A stretch of DNA of 64,000 nt from Paraspadella gotoi (lineage: Eukaryota > Animalia > Chaetognatha): NCBI GenBank assembly GCA_051294375.1, contig CM119264.1, positions 2,228,481-2,292,480 of the forward strand, in the 5' to 3' direction. The number at the start of each line of letters is the position of its first letter. Positions within the stretch are counted from its first letter, which is position 1. A program made the translations under genes and the position numbers. The notes under the pieces are model-generated. The model was given only the letters and a program-made list of their open reading frames with translations, made no database searches and was not told the origin of the DNA. This document shows positions 1-13,357 of this stretch, one piece after another.

Positions 1-1871
1 TTCAATATTTTTAGGAGGAATTCGTGGAGGTTTCCCGCTTCGAAAGCCGCGAAGACGATATCCTTTTCCTCTCGCCGCAACGAACTTTCTTCCACGAGTT
101 CGTCGAAGGAAACTCCATCGAAACTCATCCTCCGCAGCCGCATCCTCTCCTCGTCTTCGAGCCTAATCGCGACGCGGCAGACGCTCTCGAAGTCTCCCTC
201 GGTCAACTTGATCGAGATGTAAAACCTCAAACTCTGAATGGCCTTCGTGCCGAATTGAGAAAGACGCCGATGATCGCCGAATTTAACGACGAAAATCTGG
301 AGAGCGATTGAAATGAGCGGGAGTCCGAGAACGAGGCCCGTGATTAGTCCCAAGCGATAGTCGACGCCTCCTTCGCTGACGTTGACGCTATAGACGCAGG
401 ATCGATCGTCGCTGAGGAAAAACAACGCCGTCACTCCGGTTTGAATCACGATCAAGTTGACGTAGTTTAAGAGTTGATCGGAGATTCGATGCTCGGGTCC
501 GCGCCTCAGCTTTTCTCCGCTTTCGTCCGTCCACGCGTGGCGTCGCTCGTCGTAAGAATCGATTCTATACTCCAAGAGCGCCACGTTGGAAATGAATCCG
601 CGGTGGAGAATTTTGAAGAAGAGGGCGAGGAGTTTCTTCCAATCGAGAGAGGCGTGTCCGTCGACGATCGGCCCGCTTCGTCAAATGCCAGAGGTCAAAA
701 GCGGCGCCGACGACCGTTTGCCATGCGATGCACGCCAAAGCCACGAATCTCCACGCGTCGTCGATGCTGCCGAACAAGAGGGAAAGAAAGAAAAGGCGGG
801 AGAGGATGGCGGGTAACCTCACCGAGAAGAGGACGAGGTTGCCTAGCAACGTGGGCTCCCGACGAACGGGATTTTTCTTGATGACGCTCTTGGAGTAATC
901 CCAGACTCTGAGACAGAGGCCGACCATCGAGGAGAAGGTGACGAGGCCTCGAAGAAAGTAGAGTTCGCTCCCGTCGAGAATCGTCCAACTCAGAACTGAG
1001 GAGCGTCTTCGTAAAAGGCTTCGCTGAACTGATTCTCGGAGATTTTGAGGAGCTCGTCCGAGAGTTTCGTTTCCGGCGATTCTGGAAAGTCGGGGTTCTC
1101 GTAGACTTCGGCGAGAAGTTCTTTCTTTCGCCACTCGGGGGAGCTCTCCTTGTCAGAGTGATTACCTCTTGTTAAATCTTGGATCTTTATCAACTCGAAT
1201 GCTATGAGGCATTTACGGATCAGAGTCAGAGGAATTAAAATGGGAAGGAATAAAAAAACGACGAGGTGAGCTAAACTTGCCGCAACAAAATTATCCTCAA
1301 CAATCTTCAAAAACTTCCAAGGAAGTTCCCGCTCGGTGTCTAGTTCCGTCGCGAATCCGTGAAACACGTAGTACCACAAAAGTTCTTTGGTGCCGAGCTC
1401 AATCGTTCGCACGACGAGCGGCAAAAACATAAAGAGAATCGTCAAACAAAAGAACAAGTTGGTGTCGAGAAGAGGCTCGCTAGTGCTACGCACCGTCGAA
1501 TCGTTGAACCCGGTCTCGCTCCGGTACATTTTTCTCACGGAATCGGTCGAATCGAGGACCATGACGCAACGATCGTCGTAGAGCCCATCTGCGTTGTTGT
1601 AATACTCGACCGCCAATGAGACGTCCGTCACGATGTCAAAGTAGAAGAAAATCACCATGACGACCGTGATACCGAATCTCGCGCGGCTCATGTGTGTCAA
1701 GTCGCGCCACCGGAGAATTTCACGAGGAACGGTGATCGTCACTTCCGGCGAGTTTAACCGTGAGTCGGTGATTTCATCCTCTATGTCGTCGTCGTTGTTA
1801 TTGGTGACGTCGACTTTCATTCTGGCATCGTCGCTTTCGTCGTTCATCAAAACGGACATCTGCTCCGCCAT
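1..1871 (-). CDS. XK-related (XKR) multi-pass membrane protein / phospholipid scramblase family. Intronless, with about 4 frameshifts (assembly error or pseudogene), and runs off the window edge.
   Basis: ORF 990-1871 has the XK-type motifs YFDIVTDVSLAVEYY and FSEAFYEDAPQF. Hydrophobic XK-like sequence continues in successive frames: VLSWTIL...AILSRLFFLSLL; DWKKLLALFFKILHRGFISNV; QLLNYVNLIVIQTGVTALFF...LGLITGLVLGLPLISIALQIFVV. Confidence 0.75.
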
Positions 1872-2096
1872 TCTTAAAATTAGAATTTGCTTTTCGACCC
1901 GAATAACGAAATAGCTAACTACGTAATTAAGGCAGAGAAATCAAGTCATGATTTCAGGACATCAAATCGCTATCTGTAAAAACCGGTTAAATATTCAAGG
2001 CGTTACCCATCAAACTCAATTTTATTTCTCCGGAATGTGTCTGCCTGGGATACAAAATTCGAGAAAGACGCCCAATGCTGTGAGACCTCTGCGTGA

Positions 2097-4778
2097 CTAC
2101 TGCGCCCCATCCCACGGTCCTCCATTGCAAGCCATGTTCACGGCGTTGACGACGTTTCCCGCCTTCACTCCCATTTCGCAAAGGTTCACCAACATCTGAA
2201 ATAATCACAATTAATTCCCAATTTATAGAAAAAAAATATATATTAAGACTAAATTCATTTTAGATTTTACATACCTAAAATAAAATATTTAATCAAAATT
2301 TAAAATCCCATAAAATTTAAACTTTAAAGTATAAAGGCTTCGCCGTCGTCTTCGTCGTTGTTTTCGTCGTCGTCGTCGTCGTCGTCGCCGTCTTTGTTCG
2401 AATCATTTGAGTTCCCAAAAATTACCTGTAATTTTCTGAGCGCGTATCCATTTTGTCCAAGATTGAAGCATTTCGCGTGGAAGGCATCAACGGCCGATTG
2501 ATAGCAAGCATGTGCACTTTTTAGCGGCATCTTCTCCTGTGAGGACAGGGAAATAAATTATGTAGCTAAAGTAATATTTGAAAACAGGTTAGCGATGCTT
2601 AATTTAATCCGATTGTACCTGCAAGACAATTTCTTTCAAAACATTGGTCTTGCCGACGGCAGCATCGACGATTTTATCGACAATTTCGTCCACCATCTGC
2701 CGCATGTAACTGAGAAAGAAGGAATTTAAAGATGTCGTCGGTTTAGCGGACAATCTCGTCGAACTCACGTCAGTTTGGCGAATTCTTTAAGAGCGGCTTC
2801 CTTCTCTTCCTTCGTTGTAGCTCGCTTGTAAGTCTCCTTGGCAATGTGGAGAGGAACGTCGGGCGACGGGACCGCATCGAAGATCGGAGTGCGAGGCTTT
2901 TCGATCTTCGCCGTCGGAGGTCGCATCACCGTGTCGTCGCCCTGTTGGGAAAATAAACAAAAGATCTTGCAAAGAGGACAATGAGGAAAATTAAAGATTA
3001 GAAAGAGATGAAGAGCGGTAATATCTATTTAAAATTAAAAAAGAATAAATGTTATAATTTATTTTAATACTACAAACGACATGAAACCTGGAATTCGGCG
3101 ACCATGTAATGCGAGGCTATCTCTCGATCGCCGAACATGCAGACTGTGCTGAGGTTGACCTCCGCTTTGACAGTGTGGAACTGATCCATGAGCGTCTCGG
3201 TGCTGCCGAGACCCATGTCCGAATCCTCCATCCATTTAACGCTGAAGTTGAAGTAAATTTGAATTTATTAATTAAGTTATTCTTGATTAATAATTGGTTA
3301 AAAATATATATTATGAAAATTGTAAAATCCTCGTTTTACTGGACTAAATTTTAAAATTAAGATAAAAAGCTTCAAATATTTTATATAAGAATTTAATTTA
3401 ATTAATGATTAAATTCAATATCTAATAAAAGGAGGATGCGAGACATACCAAATGCATTTTATTATTTTATTTTATTTTTTATTTAAAAAAAAAGGAATGG
3501 TTATTCCAAGGTGTTGCGCCGCATTACTTTTATTTTGTTATTTATTCCTTATGAACTATAAGTTATATAGTTATATAGTTATATAGTCCATAAGATTTCT
3601 TTAAAAACAAAAGGCGGCGCCAGTAGTCGCTTAGATTTGATTTTTAACCAATGAGCAACAAACTATAGGCAAGTGATAAGCGTTTTTAACTTAAGTGGGA
3701 CAGACCGATGGACAGACATACCGACCGACAGACCGACGGACCGACCGACCGAAAAGTGACTTATAGAGTTGCTCCGCGAGTACTCGCGGCGCAACTAAAA
3801 AGATCACCTAAAGAGGTCGCCCAAATAGGTGTGTCGCTTCTCATCAAAGTAGCAGGCATAGCTGGAAGTGGTGGAGTTGGTCGCAGTCACTGAGAGAATG
3901 TTGATGTCTGAAGGAAGTGTCTGGTCGAACATCGAACCAGCCTCGCACGCCTCGATATACATCACCTGGAAGAAGGAGGTGTGATTTTATTCTATTTTTA
4001 ATTTTAATTTTATTTTTGTCCTTCTTTCCTTCTTTCTTTCTTTCTTTCTTTCTTTCTTTCATTCTTTCTTTCTTTCAACAATTCTTTTATTCTGCAAGTG
4101 TCATACCTTCTTTCTTTATTCCTTTCTTTCCATTTTCTGATAACTGTGACATACATTCCCTTACCATCTTGTGAAATTTCTTCTGCCTGTACATTTCCCA
4201 AATCGTCTTGTTGAGTTGAGCGACGTGAAGGAAGGTCCTCGGGAAGGCGAGGATCCCCGGGGCGCCGTGATCGGCGAAGTTGACGAAGACATGGTCGTCC
4301 GGACCGGAGGCGATAACCTAGATTTAATAAAATAATTATATTACTATTTGAACTTTTAAAATTCAAATTTGATATTTAAAAAAATAATACATTCAACTTT
4401 TAATAAAATGTAATCTAAAATAATAAAAGTAAAATTAATTTGGTAAATATTAATGAAGATTGATAATGATGAATTTTTTAACAACAGATGCCCTTTTGTT
4501 GATCGCTGTTCTGTCGAACGACGACAGCGCCGTTCGTCGTCGATGTTCTTTTGTTTGTTTTAACCTTTCCTGATCCGATTCCCTTCATTCCTTCCGCGTC
4601 GCCGGCGAGAATTCGGAGAAAGTTTTCCGGGGTGACGTCGTCTTTGACGTAATCCTAGATTATTAATTCAAGTTTGCGGTGATAAGTTATCGTTAATTTT
4701 TACATATATTTAAGATTACCACTACTCCATCTCTCCCATCTCACCAGGCATTCTCTCTCTCACCTACGTCCTTTGTTT

Positions 4779-4844
<66 letters not shown>

Positions 4845-5843
4845 TTCTCGCCTTGACGACTCCATGATAGACGTCCGGTCCATTGGGTCGATTGATAAGT
4901 GTCCCGGAAAAGGATTTTCTTTGCTGTTGGCGACGTCGTCGTACATCATCGTCACGATGTTCGAATCTGATTTGAAGAGGGGGGGGGTGGGGGGGGCGGG
5001 GTTGAGGATTTTTTTTCCCAAAGGGTTAACAATTTGTGTTTGCTTAAAATTATGCTTTTTTTTTAAATTTAGGCCAGCATGGGGTACGTAAGTATTTTCA
5101 TTTTTATAATATAGGTTACTAAATAAGCAACTGATGCTTGGCAGCAGTCGCCAAGCTTTCGCGCAAAAGCGTAGTCTCACATAAAATGCAAAAGTTTATC
5201 TCAAATGGGGATTAGAAATTGAACAAGACGAAGCGATTTTGATGTACCGCCAGTCCGCCAGTCCGCCAGTCCGCCAGTCCGCTAGTCCGCCAACGTTAAA
5301 TCTCCTTAGACTTAATCATTCAACTCTAAATTTATCGAAGTCTCGGTGTATTTTCACATCTCTTTCAGTCTTTGCCTTTTGATTTCACCTCCTTCTGTTC
5401 CCCCCACCTTCTCCTCACCAGGAACCCCGAATCGTTTCATGATCTGATACGCATGCGCGATGTCTGCCTGATGCCTGTAGTTGTAGTACCCGTTCGATCC
5501 GGCGACGAGGAGCGCCCAATGGTTTTGCTTTGACGGCGCTGCCTCCGTTGCCGCCAGGATCGCTGCGGTTGAAAGAGGATCAAAGATTTCGATGTCATTT
5601 TGTTTTTTTAATTTTTTGTTTAGCTATTATATTTATAAATCGATACAATTTTTTGCTTATGCATTTAACCAGAAGGGTTTAGCGAGATCGCAATCAAAAC
5701 CGATTATTGGTGGATGGTGACAGTGTTACGTACAAAGACTTATACATTTTACTACAAATCGTTTAAACTTAAAACATAACTATGGCAACACTATTTAAAA
5801 CCAACTACTTACCCAAAACGGAAATCGCGATGCGGAAATACAT
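2097..5843 (-). CDS. LGMN: Legumain (asparaginyl endopeptidase, peptidase C13), 11 exons: 5843-5813, 5562-5419, 4966-4852, 4654-4565, 4317-4165, 3965-3808, 3241-3088, 2941-2769, 2709-2619, 2536-2426, 2195-2097
   Basis: Spliced translation gives a signal peptide [18 protein letters not shown], then [40 protein letters not shown], catalytic His in FADHGAPG, catalytic Cys in [26 protein letters not shown] and a C-terminal prodomain ([20 protein letters not shown]). There are two 1-nt indels, near 4901 and 4623. Confidence 0.95.
3500..3801. mobile_element. Helentron-associated (HINE/DINE-1-like) non-autonomous element in legumain intron 6
   Basis: (GACA/GACC/GACG)n microsatellite 3698-3750, then TATAG-AGTTGC...CCGCGAGTACTCGCGG...GCAACT-AAAAA terminal hairpin. 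Subterminal inverted repeat GTTGCGCCGC (3513-3522) pairs with GCGGCGCAAC (3786-3795). Confidence 0.6.
5245..5291. repeat. (CCGCCAGT)n 8-mer tandem repeat, about 6 copies
   Basis: Directly visible in legumain intron 2. Confidence 0.85.
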
Positions 5844-6074
5844 TGTGCCTTCTTTTATTTAAAAAAAAACAAAACAAACCAAACAATGTCAGGGAAATAT
5901 AAAAATCCTAAACGAAAAATGTAGGCGTCTTTGTCGTCGTCGTCTTCGCCGAAAAGTGGGAGGACATGAAATCCGAAATTTCCAAATCGACGAACTTTGA
6001 AATTCGCGTTTAAGATTAAGCGGCCGATTTCGAGATCTTTGGTCATGTGGACGCCTTTTCATTTAGAAAAGGAA

Positions 6075-6139
<65 letters not shown>

Positions 6140-6561
6140 AATAACGGTACGGGTATGATTCACCGATAATCTCCGCGTGATTTGTGATGAGTTCTTGTTA
6201 CATGGTGGTGACAGTGATTACTGGTTAACCGATGTAACAACTCGCCTCTCGACCATCACTCTTAAATCATATTTTTTTCGGTTCCCTTGCGATCTCAAAA
6301 AAAAAAAAAAAAAAAAATCTACGATAGAAGTACACAGAAATTGTAATTGAAAAAGAAATTGAAAAATAATAAAATCATTACTACAAGTATCATTACATAA
6401 TTGTGGACGATTGCTTTGAAAACATTTTTTGTATTTTTGAAAGCGTTAGACCCTTTAAAGCTACACCCCCTAAAGAATACTTTAACAGGTTCTTTTCCAT
6501 AATCAGGGACCGTCATGGTCCGACCAATGACAGCTAGGGACCGCCAATGAACGCCACTGGT

Positions 6562-9500
6562 CTACCCCGTCCCCATCAAGGCCCTGGCCGAGCTCCCCCC
6601 GTGGCTCTGCTGTCGCTCCTCGAGTTTCTGTGCGATGGGATTGGAGAGGGTCACGTTGAAGGTCGACTTGAGAAGAGTGTCCTGAACCTGCAGGGTGAAG
6701 AAAAATAGCTTTAAATAACTTCATTTTCGCCAATTTTATCTAAAATACTTCCAATATCCTTAAGATTTTACTTACAATACTTACAATAATAATGATAATA
6801 ATAATTACTTCCCCTTCCCAAATTAAGTTATTAGATATAATGATAAGTAAAAAGAAAGAAAGCAATTTATATTTAATTAAATAATATAGATTAAATCCTT
6901 CATAAAATATAAAAATAGAAAATAGTGAAACAAGTAATTTGCAAATTATCATAAGAAAGCTAAGTAAAACCTAAAAATATGCCCAATTTTAAAACAATAA
7001 AAACAATTTACTAGTATATGCAAATGTGATTGATGAATTCATTCTTATTTAGTAATATTCTAAGAATCTATCTCTTACAATAATCATAAACATAAACACA
7101 ATTTTTAAATTTTTTAAAATAAATTTAGTCTAAAATTGTAAAAGTTGGCAATTAATGAATTATTATTCTACAAATTACATATACCTGCGGCGACAATTCA
7201 TAATGCGCGGGACCGGGCCTCGCCTCCCTCCTAAAGTCTTTGAAGCGGCGTTCCTTGAACACGAACTTTCCGCCGACGTGGCGGGCGGCGTCGGAATCCG
7301 CGGCGTCGTAAGCGCCGGGACCAGGGACGGCCTCGGCGGAGACGCTGCCGGCCGGCACCATACGTGGAGCGCCGGAGAGAAACGCGCCCTGACGGCGTCG
7401 CGCGTCGCTCGTTCGAGGCTCCAGGGATTTTTTGTTGGCCAGACGTTCGAAGGCCTCGACGACGTCGTAAGAGCCTAGAGGGTTGGTGAGAGAGAGAGGG
7501 ATTGTGAGAGAGAGAGAGAGAGCCCTTCGATCCTTCATTGCCCACTCACCCGGAGCCGGCGTCTCTTCGACGCCGGCAGGGCCGGCCGCGTCCGCCGGCC
7601 CCGCTCTGTCCCTTCTAGTCCTCGACGCGAAGGGCGCCGTCGGTTTGGGAGGCGGCGCTCTTCGATCGAGCGGCGACGGCGCCGACCCGGCGTAATTTGC
7701 GGGACCCGGCGCCGTCTCGTCCTTTTTGGCGCCGAGAAAAGTTGTCTTACGGACTTCGGTGGAACCGAAGGCGCCGCGCGTGGTTGATGCGAAGTAGGCC
7801 TGAGTTGATTGATTGGATTGGATTGGATGTTATTGTTTGATTGATTAGATGGACTTCTTTATTTTATTTTATAAATTGATAAAATGAAATAATAAATGAA
7901 TAAAACATTGTACAAAGAGTCTACAGTGTCTTCAATAATACAGCTAAAATAATGTTCATTCGAATTTCTCTAATAAAATTTTAAGTCAAAATGTTCTTAA
8001 ATATTGACGACATACAATAAAAAAAAGTGACATAAAGTCAAAGACAAATCCTCCGAACTTTCGATAAAAATCCAAATCACCTTCTTGACGCTCTCCGCCG
8101 CCATCCCCATGAGATTGTACCGGCCGGGTCCCGGCGTGGCGCCGATTCCCACCGCCGATTCGAACCGCAGCGCCGTCTGGTTGAACGGACACTTTTTCAG
8201 CGAAGACAGTTTCTTCGGCGCCTCTAACGCCGTCCGCGGGTCCGTATAGGCGCCGGGACCAGGGGGCGTGGCCGCGGCGAGGCCGCCGGCTCGAAGACGA
8301 CGCGGTTGCGATTCCCGGAAACGCTTTTCCTGTGTGGATATTTTTTTTTTTTGTTTAATTAATTTGTGAATTAAATTAATGATGGATTTAAAGTCATCAA
8401 CAACGTTCTCTTAACAGTTAAAATGAGTAGGCCGTTATGAAGATTGAAGATCCTGATAATTATTTTGTAAGAAAGACCCAATTCTTCAGAAATACATTGA
8501 TGGTTAAGAAATTATTTTACTCCCTTTTCAAACACCGCTCGCAAAACTTTAGCTTATTTAAAATTATTTTTAAATAAAAATGAATGCCACCTTGTACATT
8601 GTACACAATGTACAATTAGCCCATTCGATTCCACTCGCTTTTATGATTTCAATAAATAATTTCATCTTATTTTAATTTTTATACGCCATTTTTATCTCAT
8701 CTTTGTAATATAAAAGATTTAATTTTAAAAAGATGAAACTTTTGATGTTGTCAAGAGTTTAATCGTTTATAAAAATCGTTTAATCGATGCTCTTTTCTTT
8801 TCCGCGAACATTCTTCCCACTGCCATCTGCCGAAAAATCGCTTAAAATATAACTAATATAGGCTTAATTAAATTGGTCAGGTATAATTAATTACATATCA
8901 ATTATAATTATTTAACAAAAACACATGTCAAAATAAGAAGAACATATGGCACAATCTGGAGAACAAAAGCTGGAAAATAGTGGAAAAATACTAGCAACGA
9001 AAATCGATTTTTAAAAAGCATTGTGTAAAAATATTTTTCATAATAATAAGTGGCTTAAATGCACGAAAGTCAAAACAAAGTATCAAAACATTTGATAAAA
9101 CATTGGTGTAGCCGAGGAAGCTTTACAAATTATATCATGATAGAAAAATTGTAATTATCGTAGGTATTGTCATCATTGTAATTATTGGATTGTACCAGGC
9201 CTGACATGGCGTGGGATTGGAGCATACCGGACATGGTGGGGAATTGCAGCATGCCTGACATGGTAGGGGACGGGGGCATGCCTGACATGGCGGGGTACTG
9301 CTGCATCGCGGGTGAATGTACTTGCAAATTGAAGGGGGCGGCTGTGGCGGAGGAAGCGCTGACCACGAGCGGTGGTTCGAAGTTGAATCGGATTTCTGCT
9401 GCTGCGGCGGCTGAAGGATCGAACTGCTGCTGCGGCTGCCCTTGCGGCCCCGGAGACGGACAGTACAAGAAATCTCCTGGACATTCCTCGATCTCCGTCG

Positions 9501-11083
9501 ACGAAGACGTCCAGGATTCCGGCGACGACGAATCTGAAGGCGATCTAGACTCGAGACTCTCGTCGCCCGGAAAGCTTCGTAGATTCGCGACGTCACCGCC
9601 GGGTCCGTTGATTCCCAGATACCGAAGGACTTCGTCGGAGGTGATCGGCTTCTTCGACAGCGACGGCCACTTCGCCGCCTCCGGCTGCTTCGCCGCCTCC
9701 GGCTCCGGAAGTCCGTAAAGATCGGAGAGTTCTTCGATCACCTCGTGGATGTCGGCCGGAAATTCGGAGGCGGAGCTGGATCCTTGGGTAAGGTCGACGA
9801 AGCGGCCATCCACGGACGTGTTGGGCGTCGAAGGATCGAAGTCTCCGTCGACGAGAGACTCGGGACTCGGGGAGATACTGAAGGAGGAGTTGAGGACAGA
9901 GATTGGAGAAAGAGGGGTTGACATTTGAGGCGGATTTAGATTTTGAAACGAATATGGATTAAGATTTTGAGACGAGTTTTGATTTAGATTTTGAGACGAG
10001 TTTTGATTTAGATTTTGAGATGAGTTTTGATTTAGATTTTGAGACGAGTTTTGATTTAGATTTTGAGACGAGTTTTGATTTAGATTTTGAGACGAGTTTG
10101 GATTTAGATTTTGAGACGAGTTTGGATTTAGATTTTGAGACGAGTTTGGATTTAGATTTTGAGACGAGTTTAGATTTAGATTTGGAAACGAGTTTGGATT
10201 AAGATTTTGAGACCAGTTTGGATTTAGATTTGGCAATGAGTTTGGATTTAGATTTTGCAATGAGTTTGGATTTAGATTTGGCAATGAGTTTTCATTTAGA
10301 TTTGGCAATGAGTTTTCATTTAGATTTGGCAATGAGTTTTCATTTAGATTTGGCAAGGAGTTTTCATTTAGATTTGGAAATGGGTTTGGATTTAGATTTG
10401 GAAATGAGTTTAAATTTAGATTTGGAAATGAGTTTGGATTTAGATTTGGAAATGAGTTTGGATTTAGATTTTGAAATGAGTTTGGATTTAGATTTTGAAA
10501 TGAGTTTGGATTTAGATTTTGAAATGAGTTTGGATTTAGATTTTGAAATGAGTTTGGATTTAGATTTGAAAATGCGTTAGGATCTAGATTTGGAAATGAG
10601 TTAGGATCTAGATTTCGGAAATGAGTTAGGATCTAGATTTGGAAATGAGTTAGGATCTAGATTTGGAAATGAGTTTAGGATCTAGATTTGGAAATGAGTT
10701 AGGATCTAGATTTGGAAATGAGTTTGGATTTAAATTTGGAAATGAGCTTGGATTTAGATTTGGAAATGAATTTTGATTTAGATTTGGAAATGAATTTGGA
10801 TTTAGATTTGGAAATGAATATGGATTTTGATCTGAAATCCCAGTTTGATTCCTATTTCTATGATTTTGATTCGTTGTTTCCTTCTGAATTGTATTTCTGT
10901 ACGAACTGGAATTTAGATTCATGTTCTGGTGAGGATCGAGATTCAGAAGATTCACGATTCTAAAAGAATCGGAAGGAAGCATTCGTGGTCGTTGTTGTTG
11001 TTGTTGTTGTTTTTCGCTTGAGACGCCATCATTGGAAGAGAGGCGTCGCCGCTTACACGAGTCGGTGGCGGAAGCAGCGGCGT

Positions 11084-11117
<34 letters not shown>

Positions 11118-12535
11118 AGCGGGAGCAGAGGTCGGTGTCGTCATTGACGTCGTCTTCGCTGGAGTCGCCTTCTTCATCGTCGTCGTCGTTGCTCGATCTC
11201 CCACCACGCCCGTCTGCCGTCGATCCTTGCTCGTCGCCGCCGCTTTCGCCGCCGCAGCCGCTTTTTTCCTCTTTGCCTCCGCCGCCCCAGACGCGACGGC
11301 AGCTTGGATTGCGCTCCGTAGAAGCAACTGCGTTTCGAACGCCTCGACGTCGGTTTTCGACTGCATCGCTCGTCGGCGGAGGAGGGCGGACTCGTGGCGG
11401 CGCTGGTTGGTGGCGGTCTCATGGCGGGGAAGGCTGGCGTTCTCGTGGCGTCGTTGATAGGCGGACAGTCGGCGGGTGAGTCTCTCCATCGACGCCGTAA
11501 TTGGTTGAGAGACGAAGGCAGACGTGTCGGCGAAATAGTGGGGGAGTGGGAGCGCCGCAGGGTGAGCCGAAGGGTGAGCGTATGTCGGCTTGTGGGCGTT
11601 GTTGGTGATCGGAGTGGGCGTGGCCGTTATCAATCCTTGCGACCAAAGTTGAGAAGGAGTTGGAGGAAGAGGAGGAGCAGCCATTTTCTCCTCTTTGTTC
11701 AAATTAAATATATATTAGATATATATGTTCGTTTATATTCGTTCATATTTGTTTAAAAACGTTTTACATCAAAATTTCCAATTACAAAGAAAAGATTATT
11801 TTTTTTTTGAAGAAAAATTGGTGTTCATTCTTGTGATATTTGTGACAGAGAATTTACTTATTTTGTTTACCTAAAAGAGTCAGTGTGGGACATGGGTTTC
11901 ATTTAGGCGATATCACGAAAGATAAGGCTCGAAAAAAGGGCGGACGAAAGTAAGAATCTTCATATTTGAAAAAAAGAAAATAAGAGAATCGGGGGACGAC
12001 GGCATCGCTGTGTACAAAGAGTTTGATGTCAGAACGGCCGTTAAAGCGGATTGACCCCAAGAATTTTGTAAAATGATTCTTTAGTGACCGAGAGAGAGAA
12101 AGAGAGAGAGAGAGAGCGAGAGAGAGAGAGAGAGAGAGAAAACTTTATGGTTTCTCGTCTAATAGTGACCAGTGACCAAATCCCCCGTAATCATTAAATC
12201 CAAATGGATCAAAGTTTTTCTTTTTTCTAAATTATCAACTACGACGACATCAACAACAACAACAACCAACCCCCCCCACCTCCCCAACCCCCCCCAATTC
12301 TCCGTCACCTGCGTCCCGAAACGGCGGACGCTCGACGCTCGTAACCGTCGAACGTCAACTTTTGCCTTTCGGGTCGAATTGCGACGAGACGTCGTAATCG
12401 TCCGGGTCCTGGACGTCCAGTTTTGACGCTTCGTTGGTGACGATCTCGTGGTAGCGCGGAGTTTGGCGTCGGGCTTTTGTTGGGCGCCTTTGGGACGGGG
12501 AGGAAAGAGAGAGAGAGAGAGAGAAGAGAGAGAGA

Positions 12536-12586
<51 letters not shown>

Positions 12587-12683
12587 AGACCCGATTAGTT
12601 TAGAAGATTTGAAAAGATGGCCAGATCAAACTCGGAGTGGAAATAAAGTTTAAATAAATAAATAAATAAATGAATAGATAAAA

Positions 12684-12722
<39 letters not shown>

Positions 12723-13324
12723 ACTCACCCAACCCCGTCACCGCCTCCAGCGCCATCCTCGACGGTTCCTTCGCCGCAGCCCGACGCAGCGCAGCGCCGA
12801 TCAGGTCGTAATCCGCCGGACCAGGGGCTGCAGCAGCCGCCGTTGCCGACGCCGCGGGAGCGAAATCCCGTCTCGCCGTCTTGTTGCCGAAAAAGACGCC
12901 GCGATAGAGCGCCGTGGCGCGAGCGGCGCCGCCGGCTGGAGCGTAGAACGCCGGACCGATGGTGGAGTCTTGATCGGGCGGCTCTTGTTTACGAAGCGTG
13001 CCGTCATCGTTCTCTTCGTAGCTTTTTGGGTAAGATTGATTGATATATTTAAATTATTATAAATTAATTTATTATTTATTTATTTTTTAAAATTAATTAA
13101 TTAATTAATTAATTAATTAATTAATTTTGCTAATTCGCTTGATCGAATATTTATTTTTTTAAATGATTACTTACTTGCTTATTTAATTGATTTGGTTATT
13201 TGATTAATTAATTTATTTGATTACTGATTGATTAATGGTTAGAACGATTACTAGCTAGATTTAATGATTGATCGATTGCTCATTAGCTTGACGGATATCT
13301 CGATCTCTTTCTTCAATGATTGAC

Positions 13325-13357
<33 letters not shown>

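Noticed and set aside
985-1000. Programmed frameshifting, RNA editing or micro-introns to explain the XK and legumain frame breaks
   Set aside because: There is no shared slippery or splice motif at the breaks, several fall in homopolymers, and the assembly shows indel noise elsewhere.
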